DNA of 64,000 nt from Stegostoma tigrinum (Eukaryota), in assembly GCF_030684315.1 (NCBI RefSeq), contig NC_081354.1, forward strand, positions 31,490,226 through 31,554,225, read 5' to 3'. The position numbers were made by a program, and so were the translations under genes. Shown here piece after piece: positions 26,256 through 39,433 of the stretch (the stretch's first letter is position 1; every line of letters begins with the position of its first letter). Below the pieces are notes generated by a model, which made no database searches, was not told the DNA's origin, and saw only the letters and a list, made by a program, of their open reading frames with translations.

Positions 26256-28014
26256 CACTAAATTTAACAGAATTTGATTAAAATGGTTGAAGCTAGTTTA
26301 TCCAAAATTAAAACACCTTAAAACACAATGAAGAACCACCACCTATGAGTAATCCAAATTCAATTTTCTGAAAATGTAACTTAAAATATGAGCACATCTA
26401 TTTTCTGGTTAGGCAGGATCACAGTAGTGAGTCATAAGCACTCAGTAAAGCGCATTCAAAACCTAACCATTGATGTTCTTGCACCCACAGGTTCATGCTG
26501 AATCTTTGGAGCTCCCACAGGTTTCTGGAAGAAAGTAGAATTAAAAATTCCCCATGATGATTTATTTACTCCAAGAGTATGGCCAATTTTGTAGCTCAGG
26601 TCCATTTCTCGTTTTATGCTTTTTAAAACTAATGCAAAGAATCATGGAAATATAAACATTATTGAAATAATTTTTGGTTGAAAAATTTGCTCTGATGACT
26701 CTGGACATCAGGCAAATTGCGCTCAGAAAACTAATACATTCCAGCTGAAGCACCTTTAATTCCAGTTAGACTACAGTTCATATTAGCTTGCATCCAGGTA
26801 AGATTCTACAGTGGAATAAGAATAAAGCAGTCACTTCAATTATAGTATAATCCCTACACTTTATCGCAACAATACATTTATAAAGAACAGACGTGTGGTA
26901 GCTTTGTCCACTTGTATTATAGGAGCCGATTACAACAGTGCTGCTTGTAAGATAGGAGGTTCACAGCCATTTTGAGCAGTTTGTTACATCTCATTAGTTC
27001 TGTGCATGACAATTGCCATTGTGTGATCTCAGCAGTTGCCTCAAGTGCTCCAGGAACCTTAAGATTTGTGTCTCTATGTAATTCTCTTCACAATCAAGTT
27101 CATACCTTCTTTTGGTATTACACACAGCCAGCACAAAACCTGAGTGGAAACAACATCTGATGTATTTTAATGAACACCAAAGTCTGCAGAGATCACGGTT
27201 GTACAGGTTGCTTGTACCATATTTCACATTTCTTTCAGGAATTGATGGCACTTTGCTGGCATGCTAGCTACATGCTTGTATAATTAGGAGCATAAGATCT
27301 GTGGAATAAGTAAAGGCCTTTTGGACCATCTAGTCTGTTCCGCTTAATGAAGTGGTTTTTGCAGTCATTCCACATCCATTGGTCACCATCCCACAATACC
27401 ATAATCTTATCTATCATCAACAGACTGCAAGCTTGTTCCAAGTATATTTCTTTAACTGAAATTGTTTTTGAACTGATTTACAAATTCCATACATTAAATT
27501 GACACCCATCCCATTGCCCTCAGGAAGATGTTCCTTTTTACTCCAGTTTATCTCAGTGTCCTGTTATTATATTTTCCAGATTTCTTTTAAAGATTTATGA
27601 ATTTTCTTTTCAACCATTTCCTTCTTTACTCTAAGCCTGAATCCTGCATTCCTCAAACATGTTTTGCTGAAGAGAATAATCCACATGTTTGTAACTGACC
27701 AACAAAAAAATGCTATAAATTATAGATTCTGGCTTTGATATCACGCCGTGGGTTACTGCAATATGAACTTATGAATTTACTGGAGTTTCTGTCCCGATTG
27801 GTATTGCAGACATACTAATGTGTGTTTAAAATAAATAGAATAAATAGGGAATCAATGTCAGATGAGCCCAAGAAAAATTCATGGCATAGTATTCGGGAGA
27901 TAGTTAGCCAGCAAAATAAAAAAAATCTTACAGTAAGAGTTTCTACAAATAATCAAAAGGAAAATAATGACTAAAACTCATGATAGTCCTCTAGAGAGAG
28001 AATGTCAGGAATTG

Positions 28015-30890
28015 ATAATAATTGATCTTGGAGGGAGTACAACATAGATTTCTGAGAACGATACCTGGACTTCAGTGGTTAACATACAACATAGAACATT
28101 ACAGCACAGTACAGGCCCTTTGGCCCTCGATGTTGTGCCGACCTGTCATACCGATCTCAAGCCCACCTAAGCTACACTATTCCATGTACGTCCATATGCT
28201 TATCCAATGACGACTTAAATGTACCCAAAGTTGGCAAATCTACTACCATTGCAGGCACAGCGTTCCATTCCCTTACTACTCTCTGAGTAAAGAAACTACC
28301 TCTGACATCAGTCCTATATTTTTCATCCCTCAATTTAAAGCTATGCCCCCTCGTGCTCGCCATCACCATCCTAGGAAAAAGGCTCTCCCTATCCACCCTA
28401 TCTAACACTCTGATTATTTTATATGTTTCAATTAAGTCACCTCTCAACCTTCTTCTCTCTAATGAAAACAGCCTCAAGTCCCTCAGCCTTTCCTCGTAAG
28501 ACCTTCCCTCCATACCAGGCAACATCCTAGTAAATCTCCTCTGCACCCTTTCCAAAGCTTCCACATCCTTCTTATAATGCGGTGACCAGAACTGTGCACA
28601 ATACTCCAAGTGTGGCCGCACCAGAGTTCTGTATGGCTTCACAATAACCTCTTGGTTCCAGAACTCGATCCCTCTATTAATAAAAGCTAAAACACTGTAT
28701 GCCTTCTTAACAGCCCTGTCAACCTGGGTGGCAACTTTCAAGGATCTGTGTACGTGGACACCGAGATCTCTCTGCTCATCTACACTACCAAGAATCTTAC
28801 CATTAGCCCAGTACTTTTCCTTCCGGTTACTCCTACCAAAGTGTATCACCTCACACTTGTCTGCATTAAACTCTATTTGTCACCTCTCAGCCCAGCTCTG
28901 CAGCTTATCTATGTCTCTCTGCAATCTATAACATCCTTCGTCACTATCCACAACTCCACCGACCTTAGTGTTGTCTGCAAATTTACTAACCTATCCTTCT
29001 ACACCCTCATCCAGGTCATTTATGAAAATGACAAACAGCAGTGGACCCAACACCGACCCTTGCGGTACACCACTAGTAACTGGTCTCCAGGATGAACATT
29101 TCCCATCAACTACCACCCTCTGTCTTCTTTCAGCAAGCCAATTTCCGATCCAAACTGCTATATCTCCCACAATTCCATTCCTCCGCATTTTGTACAATAG
29201 CCTACTATGGGGAAACTTATCGAACGCCTTGCTGAAATCCATATACACCACATCAACCGGTTTACTCTCATCTACCTGTTTGGTCACCTTCTCAAAGAAC
29301 TCAATAAGGCTTGTGAGGCACGACCTTCCCTTCACAAAACCATGCTGATTATCCCTAATCAACTTATTCTTTTCTAGATGACTATAAATCCTACCTCTTA
29401 TAACCTTTTCCAACACTTTACCAACAACTGAGGTAAGGCTCACTGGTCTATAATTATCAGGGTTGTCTCTACTCCCCTTCTTGAACAGGGGAACCACATT
29501 TGCTATCTTCCAGTCGTCTGGCACTGTTCCTGTGGACAATGACGAGTTAAAGATCAATGCCAAAGGCTCGGCAATCTCCTCCCTGGCTTCCCAGAGGATC
29601 CTAGGATAAATCCCATCCAGCCCAGGGGACTTATCTATCTTCACCCTCTGTAGGATTTCTAATACCTCTTCCTTGTGAACCTCAATCCCACGTAGTCTAG
29701 TAGCCTGTATCTCAGTATTCTCCTCGACAACATTGTCATTTTCTAGAGCGAATACTGTTGAAAAATATTCATTTAGCGCTTCCCCTATCTCATCTGACTC
29801 CACACACAACTTACCACTACTATCCTTGATTGGCCCTAACCTTACTTTCGTCATTCTTTTATTCCTTAAGTACCTATAGAAAGCCTTAGGGTTTACCCTG
29901 ATCCTATCCGCCAACAACTTCTCATGTCTCCTCCTGGATCTTCTGAGCTCTCTCTCTAGGTCTTTCCTAGCTACTTCGTAGCCCTCAAGCGCCCTAACTG
30001 ACCCTTCACATCTCATCCTAACCTAAGCCTTCTTCATCCTCTTGACCAGAGATTCCACCTCCGTCGTAAACCACGGCTCCTGCACTCTACAGCTTCCTCC
30101 CTGCCTGACAGGTACTTACTTATCTAGGACACACAGGAGCTTTTCCTGGAATAAGCTCCACATTTCTAATGTGCCCATCCCATGCAGTTTCCTTCCCCAT
30201 CCTATGCTTCCTAAATCTTGCCTAATCTCATCGTAATTGCCTTTCCCCCAGCTATAACTCTTGCCCAGTGGTATACACCTATCCCTTTCCATCACTAAAG
30301 TAAAATAACAGAATTGTGATCGCTATCACCAAAGTGCTCACCTACTTCCAAATCTAACACCTGGCCAGGCTCATTACCCATTTCCAAATCTAATGTGGCT
30401 TCGCCCCTTGTTGGCTTATCTACACACTGTGTCAGGAAGCCCTCCTGCACACAGTGGACAAAAACTGACCCAGCTATAGTACTCGAACTATCGTGTTCCC
30501 AGTCAATAACTTATGAGAAGAGATTGTACAAATTCAACCTGTTTTCTGCGAATTTAAAAGGTTAAGTGGTGAGTAGATAAAGATAAACTTTTTACACTGA
30601 TTGGAGATTCTAGAATTAGGGAGCAGAGGCTGAGAATTAAGGCCAGTCCATTCAGGAGAGATGTTAGGAAGCACTTCTATACACTAAGGCTGTTAAGTGT
30701 TTGGAACTCTCTTTCACAAATAGCGGTGAATGTGGGATCGGTTGTTAATTTTTAATCTGAGAAAAATAAGTTTTGTTAAGCCAAGAGACATAAGCAAAGG
30801 CAGGTGTATGGAGTTAGGCCATAGATTAGCCATGATCTGATTGAATGGTGGAACAGGAGGTACTGAATGGCCTACTCTTTTCACTATGTT
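28015..30890 (+). mobile_element. Old CR1 3' fragment split by a younger CR1
   Basis: LEGVQHRFLRTIPGLQWLT before 28082 continues as YEKRL.. after 30508 and on to a 3' UTR near 30890. Confidence 0.75.
28082..30507 (-). mobile_element. Young 5'-truncated CR1 LINE (ORF2 RT pseudogene)
   Basis: ORFs 28991-30016 and 28172-28849 with [30 protein letters not shown]; stop at 28991; FADD reads FADN; TTCTATG-type tail. Confidence 0.95.
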
Positions 30891-30894
30891 CCTT

Positions 30895-31890
30895 AAATAA
30901 GGAAATGGCAGAGACTTTGAATAGGTTTTGTTTCTCTCTTCACAGTAGGAAACTCAGAAAACTTCCCAAAGTTAATTGAAAATCAAAAAGTGAAAGGGAG
31001 TGAGGAACTTAAAACAAACACTGTCACTTGTGCTAAGGTATTAAGGGAAGCTATTGGGCCTAAAGGCTGACAAATTTTCTAAACCAGATGGCCTCCATCC
31101 TTTACAAGAAGTTGTTTAAAAAATAAAAGATGCTTGGATTAAGTTCTCTAAAATTCCTTGAATTCTTGAAGGATCTCCTTGGACTGGGAAAAAAGAGAAT
31201 TTAGCACCTTAATTTAAGTAAGGGTGGAGGCAGAAAATAGGGAGCTAAATATCAGTTAGCTTAACATCTGTTACAAAAATATGCTCAAATCATTATTAAG
31301 ATGGCTGTTGCAGGATACTTAGAAAATCACAGTCTGATCAGGCAGAGCTAATATGGTTTTGTGAAAGGGAAATAATGTTTAATGAATCTATCACTGTCTT
31401 TAAATAAAGCAAAATTAATGGTTATATATAGGGGAACTAGTAAATGTGATGCATGTGGATTTCCAAAAAGTATTTGGAAATTTGCCACATCAAGGTTAGA
31501 ACATTGGGCACAAGTGGTAACATATTTACATGGCTAACGGATTGATTAATTGACAGGATGTAAAGACATATGGGCCTTTCTTGGTCTGGTAAACTGTCAT
31601 GAATGGAGTGCCACAGGAATCAGTTCTGGGTCATCAACTATTTTCAATATGTAAAAAATGATTTGGATAAAGAAAATAAATGTGTGGGAGTTAAAGTTTC
31701 CAAAGAGACTGCGACAGATAGGAAAGTAATATGACAGCAGGAGATCTGTAAAGACTTGCCAAAAAGTTACAGGTGTGCAAAAATTTGGCAGCTGATGTAT
31801 AATGTGGGTAAACGTGGACCTGTCTATTTTGCAGGAGGAATAGAAAACTGGCATATCATTTAAATAGAGCAGGATTGCAGAACTTGACAG
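30895..31890 (+). mobile_element. Old degraded CR1 RT fragment
   Basis: Frameshifted PDGLHP, VSLTS, YGFVKGK, DFQK.F, GVPQ.SVLG motifs. Confidence 0.75.
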
Positions 31891-33174
31891 TTCAAATTAG
31901 CCAGCACCTTCTTGGAGCTTTGTAGTCAGTTCAACCTTCACTCCCGAGGTGGAAGCCACTTAGGTCTCCTCAGAGGGTGAACTCGCAAGGCTTTCATTAC
32001 ACCATCCACCAATCCAGAGATGCTTATTTGGTGGATTCTCTATCCAGATATGATTTGGAAGCACAATCTGGTGTGTACATTTATGACATGTCTCTGCAGC
32101 TGGTTGAGGAAGAAACATCCCAAGCCCCTGGCACTTAAGGGACATCAACAGACTAATTCATCTTCTCAGCCCTGGGCAGAAGGTTATCCCATGATTTTGA
32201 CCAATAGTGATGTCATCAGAATGTACAGAGAGTCTCTGCAACATCATACAGTTCTTTCAGAGGATTGTTAAACCGGATTGACAAATGGAGGACCTCATCA
32301 AGATTATCTGTGCCATGCTGGCACTGACATGCATGCCCCAGCTATCTCTGCAGGTAAGTTGACTCTGGTCAAAACACCTGACTGACTTGTCTATTCCCCT
32401 GAGACTGAAAACATGTGGCTAAACCCCTTTGACTGACCGCAGTTCCCGTTCCCACTGCTCAGTAATGGTCCATTTGGTGATTAGGTAGGGCCATTTGGTT
32501 GAAGCACTGGCAGTGTGTTAGCCAATGTGAACATGGAACATGCTGTAGGTGTGGCACTGGTGTCTGGCAAGGTGCTGTGCAGCAACGTGTCCAACGCCTT
32601 GACTGTTCAATACTCTGGATAATAACAAGATGCATACCTTTCCCTCTGCAGTAAACAACAATGCAAGCAAGTGAGGTTGATAGTCTTCACATTAAGGATC
32701 AAGAATGTATGTAATGTAATGTAAGCCAGAGAAGCTGGCAGCCATAATCTAACTATTTGGATCCTTTCAGCTTCCCACTGGGTTAGGCTATTTCCTTGCT
32801 TGTTTTGCTTATAGTTATTTCTTCATTCAGAAGAAAATAAATCATCGTCATCTTGTGCATTCAATTATTCAATGTTTGAAATTCAATTTTTATATTTAAA
32901 AATAGTGCTGACCAAAACTAGATTTAAAAGCATGTCTCTGGGAGTTTGATGCTAGAAAATCATAAACACATTCTCTGTCAATGTGTTTACAATTTTGCTG
33001 CACTTGGCACACAGAGGAACTCCTCTCCTCTCTTGCTAATATCTTCCAACCAATTCTTTCCCATGAGTGCATTTGATACTGTACCTTGAGATAGAATCTA
33101 CTACTGACACTCATTCCACTTTCAATTGACAAGTAAAGCTCTGAAGATTATTTCCAACAACAAGGGAGCTACTC

Positions 33175-33350
33175 TTTCATTAAAGAAAGACACTTGGTGG
33201 AGGTTTAATCTGAATGTCAGCACAGTCAGACAAGAGGCGAGATAAAGGAGGACAGCCCTTCAGGGAAATCTGGAACAGTATAGGAACTGAACCCATGCTG
33301 TTGCTTTAACTCTGCAATGTCAATCAGCTATGCAGACAACTGATCTAACC
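33175..33350 (-). mobile_element. Degraded tRNA-derived SINE (family of 19143/37051)
   Basis: ggaactgaacccatgctgttg..caactgatctaacc is the reverse complement of the SINE head. Confidence 0.5.
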
Positions 33351-35394
33351 TACTCAGTGTTGCTTTTCTTTGCAAAGCCACTAAGTTCTTTTCGAGGACA
33401 GGCAGGCAGGACAGCCAGTATACCTAACGTTTCAGTTTCATTCTTTAACAATGCTCTTTGATATACCATCATATTTAGATACTCATATGAGCTGCCAATA
33501 GCAGGCTGTGTTTGCAATCTTACCGTCCTGTGTCCTGATTACAATTCACTCATGCTCTTTAACACTGTTCTGTTGTTCCCAAGTCAATATTAGCCTCTAA
33601 GTTATGAACGGTATCTGAGCAAGAGATTGGCTGCCTGTGTCTGATTTTCATAGATTCGCTTCGTCCTCCTGGTATTTATTTGGCTGGATGGGCTGCAGTT
33701 GTTGGGTGTCTGAAATCAGAAAGTGAAGGCAGGTGGACAGGAAGAGATCCATAAGGATACAATTGCACATTGTGCTCATTGTCAGGGCAAAGGTGACCTG
33801 GCAGTTGAGAATGTACAAAAAGGCAGGAATTTCCTTCTTTTTCAATATTATCAGAAACATAATTTGCCATGGGCTGTCTCACAGCTCATGCTGAAAGCAA
33901 TATCCTTATGTCAGGCAAAGGAGGTGCTGGTACTCTTCTCTCCCTGCTCCCTTAGATTGTTTGGCATCTTGTCCTGCTAGTCAGAGGGCACTGTGTCTGG
34001 ATAATATACCAGTTACAGCTGGATGGCTGGATATATGTGGATAGACTAAGCGGTGAGCTTAAGACTTGCACCATTGGTAGGTTTGAGACAGTGAAGTGGA
34101 GTATCTAGATATTAATAATTCACCCTGAGTACAACAAACTGATGTGAGGTTATGGCCCACTGTGCAGTTTGAGACGTTGGTGTGTGTTGGATGGGAAATT
34201 TCATAAGAAGAAACATTGCCTGACCTTGATAATTCATATGAAGTATTTAGAATCTAATGGCGTCGCTGTCAAGCTTATGGTCCAGATACTCATTCTAGTG
34301 AAATATCACTCCCTTTCTTAGCGACCTTTTTTTTCTTCAATTTGCAAACTTGCAAGCTTTCCTTTCAATGAATTTATGCACACTCACTAAATGTGATTCT
34401 CTCCCTTACTGTTTCTGGTTGACATACAAGGAGTTGGGCCGAATTATTGACTCTTCTCACTGAAATCTAAGAGTAAATAAACAAAATTGTTCTCTGCTAC
34501 TTTCACTACATTTAGGCTAAAAAATGGTGAAAATGCTCGTATGGATCTTTTCTTTTGAACCAAATTGCATTTGGACTTTATCCTTTATTAACCCAAGTTG
34601 AAAAAGGTCAGCTTAACAATCACTTCAGCAATTATCTCATCAGGTACCTTACCTAGATATTTAGCTTAAATCACATGATTTCTGGAAATGTTATTTTGGC
34701 CCATTGATTAAAAAGTGAGCCTCTGACCTTTAAGAAAGACAGTTTACCTTTAGAGAGCTAAAACCTGAAACTCATATATGTCTATTTTGAAATCCAAAAT
34801 GATAATCATAGAATAATATAAACATTCAGCTGCTCTACCACACTAGACGAAGCAAGCCCAGGAGGCCTCTATGCTTGAAGAGATTGGTAGCAGTAACATG
34901 CATCATAAGCTGCAACCAACAAGAGTATGAGTTGTTATACCCATACAATAGGCAGGACTTCAGCTCATTCAAAAGACAGAAGAGCGAACAGTTTCATTAA
35001 TGTACGTATCTAATTTTATGCTCTAGGCTAAAGAGAGAGGCAGACTGTTCTAATGATGGCCTATATTTGAAAATCGTTTGCATACACTAGATATACTGAT
35101 TGTTGAAGTGAGAAATCTCTTAGCATTCTAAAACCCACAGATCTTTGATGGTAGTCCTTTTTTCTTTGGTTCTTGATCTTTGAAAGTTTGACCACCCATG
35201 TTTTAGACTTCACAAAATTTTGATTGTATGATTAAAATGAGTTTTGTTTTTACATGTTTAGATCAGTGCACCCAAAGTAATCTGAATACATTACATTTAG
35301 GCTAATAAAGAAAGAATGGAAACAAATTATGATTATTGTAACTAGGCCAGACATCTTTGATCATTTCCATGTTGGCTTCCTGGGTGGTCTAGTC

Positions 35395-36439
35395 CATTAG
35401 CTATCATTCACATTGGTAATTTCAATGATTTTTATTCCATATATCTTTTTTTACTTGTAACTACTTTCTAATATGAACAAACCTAACTAATATCAGATTT
35501 TACTTTGTACTTCCGCACATTAAAATCATGTTACCAAGAGAAAGAAATTCAGCACCTAAATCCTGTTCCATTAATCAACTAGATCGAATGTTCCTGACTT
35601 CATCTTCCTGCCTCTGTTCGATAAATCTTACGTCAAAAAAAGTTAACTTTAGTTTTGTTACAAATACAAGATTTAGATTGGTAAGTCATGTGAATGTCTA
35701 TTTAATTTACAGTAAAATAGAGGAATAAATGGGGCCATGTGACCTGATTTGGATTCTGTCCAGCAGCAAGCCTTAATTGTTGAAGGGGCAAGAGGAGTCA
35801 AGTCAAGAGGCTACACTAAGAAGGTATACAATGTTCACACCTGTGGACAGTGAAAGTACATCTGAGCTAACTGCAGGCATACTGTTAGTCTTCAGTTTCC
35901 ACAGGGAGGACTTAGGAATTTTAGATTTGTAAATAGTTATACTTTAAAATGTATATTTAATTCTGAGCTAGATGGAGTTGAGGGCCACAATGAGAGCTAT
36001 TAAGATTTCTACCATGATAGGAGACCCATGTTCTTATTTTGATGGATTTTGACTTTGAGAGCAGCAGAGCCATTGAGACCCGTTGCAGTGTTGGATTAAA
36101 GGTAACCTAAGCTATCACTAAAGCCTCACAGAACCATGTCAGTCTGCAAGAATCGGAGAAGAAGAAAAAGAAACTCCAGGCAGCACGTCTTGCTCCTTAA
36201 ACAGACACAATGCATATGTTTCACCACACAGAGTGCAGGTGAAAATTCTTTCTCGTGTTGACAAGACCATGTTGTGAGGAGTTATTGAAGTTGGAGGAAA
36301 ATCCTAACTTGGGTTAAATAGATAGAATCTCCAGTGTAACTTTCTCAGTGGCAGTCATTAGCTGTCATTCACATTGGTAATTTCAATGATTCTTATTCCA
36401 TATATTTCTTTTACTTGTAACTGCTTTCTAATATGAACA
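35395..36439 (+). repeat. Dispersed direct repeat of about 85 bp (35395-35479 and 36356-36439)
   Basis: cattagct.tcattcacattggtaatttcaatgatt.ttattccatatat...ttacttgtaact.ctttctaatatgaaca present twice about 960 bp apart, few mismatches. Confidence 0.9.
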
Positions 36440-36441
36440 GA

Positions 36442-37049
36442 CATAGAGTCATAGAAATATACTGCACAGAAACAGACCCTTTGGTCCAACTTGTCCATGC
36501 CGACCAAATATCCCATATAAATCTATGTCCATTTGCCAGCATTTGGTCCATGTCCCTCTAAACCCTTCCAATTCATGTACCCATCCAGATGCTTTTTAAA
36601 TGTTGTAATTGTACCAGCCTCCACCACTTACACTGGCAGCTCATTCCATACCCACACTGTCCACTGCGCAAAAATGTTGCCCTTTAAGTCTTTTTTGTAT
36701 CTTTCCCCACTTCATCTTAAACCTTTGCTGTCTAGGTATGAACTCCACCATCCCAGGAAAAAAAATGCCTATGTACCCTATCCATACCCTTCATGATTTT
36801 ATAAACCTCTATAAGGTCACCCTCAGCCTCCAACAGTCCGGGGAATTTAGTCCCAGCCTACTCAGCCTCTCCCTATAGCTCAAAACCTCTGACCCTAGTG
36901 AAATTCTTGTAAATCTTTTCTGAACCCTTTCAAGTTTCACAATGTCCTTCCAAAAGCCGGGAGACCAGAATTACACACCATACTACAAAAATGGCTGAAC
37001 TAATGTCCTGCACAGCTGCAACATGATCTCCAAGTTCCTATACTCAATG
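36442..37049 (-). mobile_element. CR1 LINE 3' fragment
   Basis: catagagtcatagaaat tail; reverse complement is colinear with 6510-7125. Confidence 0.85.
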
Positions 37050-37050
37050 C

Positions 37051-37250
37051 AGTTTAGCTCAGTTGGCTGGACAGTTAGTTTGTGAAGCATGGGTTCAATT
37101 CCCATTTCTGGCTGAGGTTACCATGAAGGACTCTCCTACTCAACCTCACCCCTTGTCGGATGTATGGTGGCCCTCAGGTTAAATCACCACCAGTTGTCTC
37201 TCTCTAATAAGACAGCAGCTCTATGGTTTGGTCTGGTGATGGTGGCACAA
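37051..37250 (+). mobile_element. tRNA-derived SINE
   Basis: tagctcagttggctgg (A box), gggttcaattccc (B box); body shared with 19143-19362. Confidence 0.7.
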
Positions 37251-37444
37251 CAACAATACCAGTTTCCTAATTACTTGCAGTTCCCGCACACTAAAATTTG
37301 GTGATTCGTACACTTGGACATTGAGATGTTGATCCTCAAGTTTACCAGTTCTTCTCGAATCCTTATTTTAAACCACTTCCTTTGAGCTAATGCAATCTTT
37401 AAATTTAATTTTAATTTTAAATCTAATTGGTGACAGCTTTCAGA

Positions 37445-38112
37445 GCTTTGAGAAGCAGAGAGAACTTAATGTCCTAACGCATGAATCACAAAATTTAGTG
37501 TACAGGTACAAGTCATTGGGAAACTAATAGAACATTATCATCTATTGCAAGGGAAATCAAATACAAAAGTAGGGAGGTTCTGTCTCATTTATACAGAGCA
37601 CCATTGAGATGAAATCCTGAAAATTGTGTACAGTATCAGTTATATTGAAGGAAAGATGTACTCCTATCACTTTGAAGCAGTTCACAGCATGTTTACTGGG
37701 CTAATAACTGGAAAGGGTGAATTCCCTTATGAGAGAAGGTCGGACAAGCTAGATTTGAAAATGTTGGAGCTCAGAGGAGTAAGACATAAATTGACTGATA
37801 AGATTCTAAGGGATCTCTAACAGTACAGAGGTGGAGAAGAAGTTTCCGCTTATGGGCTAATCTAGAACTAGTGATTGTCCATTTACAATAGAGTTGGGGC
37901 TTTTTTTTTGTTTCTTAAAGCGTAGTGACTCTTTGTAACTCTTTTTCCTGAAAAGATAATGGAAGCAGAGTTCTTGACTACTTTTAACAGCAGAGGCAGA
38001 CAGATTCTTGTTTAAAAAAAGGTTGAAAAACGATCAGAATAGGTAAGATTTGGATTGAATCTTTCAGTATGACAAGTCCATGTGGCCCACTCCTGTTCCT
38101 TGTTCCTATCTT
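37445..38112 (+). mobile_element. Old CR1 3' fragment
   Basis: Degenerate EYKSREV..LY, FEAVH.MFT.LI.G and CR1 3' UTR (ggcccactcctgttccttgttcctat). Confidence 0.7.
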
Positions 38113-39433
38113 TATATTTTAACTCCTTTTGTTAGCTATATGTCTCCCATTGGTATTTTAGAAAAATGTATATCTGTTCTAGACAATATCATACGTCTTT
38201 TAATATTAGCCATTGCCTATCTGTCATGAAATATTTCAATATATTTTCTCAATTTGCCATAGCCAACTTGCCCCTCATACATTCAAAGCTTCCATTGTTC
38301 AGATTTAAGACCCTATCTTCAGAATGAATTGTTTCAAAAACCAATGTAATGTGATATTCTATCATCTTAAGGTCACTATTTTCTAAAGACTTCTTTACAA
38401 ATGTTACTATTAGTCCTTTCTCATTACATTATAAATCAAAAATCACCCAAATCCGAATTGATTCTTCAATGTATTGCTCCAGAAACTCTCACTTTCATAG
38501 TTGAGGGGTTCATCTAGATTAGATTAATTTTATCAAGTCTTTTGATTCTCATTTTATGACGAAAGTTTGTCTTCTCCCTGAAGAAATAGGAAATCTATTG
38601 GAGATTTGAATTCTGGTTATCAGTGTGCAATACAAAACGTCCTCAAAAACAAAACGGTACAAAATCTTTTGGACCACCTCCAACTTTTTAAAAGGGCAAC
38701 ATGGAGTACTTACTTGAGCAAAGCAAAATTTTCTTTCCATACAGCTGGTTAATGCCTTGCTGTTAACTTATCAGAACACTTCAGGTGGACCAATGTTCCC
38801 ATCTTTTGCATTCATTAGCATGTCATGAATACTCAGTCACACACCTCTACAATTATATTCAGGGCCACAATCTTATTAGGCAAAAACAGGAAACAGGTGC
38901 AATCATAAACCTGGCATGAAGGCATGTACCTAATGGGTAGACTGCTTCATCAAGGCTCCAGTGAGTACAAAAGTCTTCTGTTATTTGGCATCTTTACAAC
39001 CGTGCCATTTCTTTGTGAAAATGCATAAAGTTTATGTCATGAACCTGACTCGGTCTCCACCTCATAAAAAGTCTCTTGTTATATGTGTCTTGCTTTGGTA
39101 GTTAATTGATTCCTAAGTACGCAGTAAAGACTAACCAACTCATTAGCTTAGCCAGGCAAAGCTGATGCCAGCAAACCTGACTATGCAGATACGTAGGCTG
39201 AAAGGGCGTTTGATTTGAAAGGTAGCTCTGCTGAAAAGAAGGTTAAAAAAGAAAGAAGGATAGTCAACAGAAGATGTTGACAGAAATGTGGGCTGTGAGA
39301 AAAGGAACAGTTGAGGCACAAATTAAAGGGAATGGTTTTCAGGGAATTGGAAAGATCAAGGTGAATGGATGAAGCAAACTGGGATGCAAAATGTATAGAC
39401 AGGGGCAAGTGGGACAAGGAAGCTTGGGAGCTT

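Noticed and set aside
28728-29348. Plus-strand ORFs over the CR1 (also 39956-41219, and minus ORFs 58142-59143)
   Set aside because: Antisense shadows of CR1 ORF2
31890-34300. GC-richer patches (also 24320-25150, 9900-10000, 61040-61640) as old DNA-transposon or MITE remnants
   Set aside because: No transposase motif or clean terminal inverted repeat and TSD could be verified by eye
38708-38800. Minus-strand donor GTAAGT after MERKFCFAQ
   Set aside because: Stops in all frames shortly upstream and no convincing acceptor
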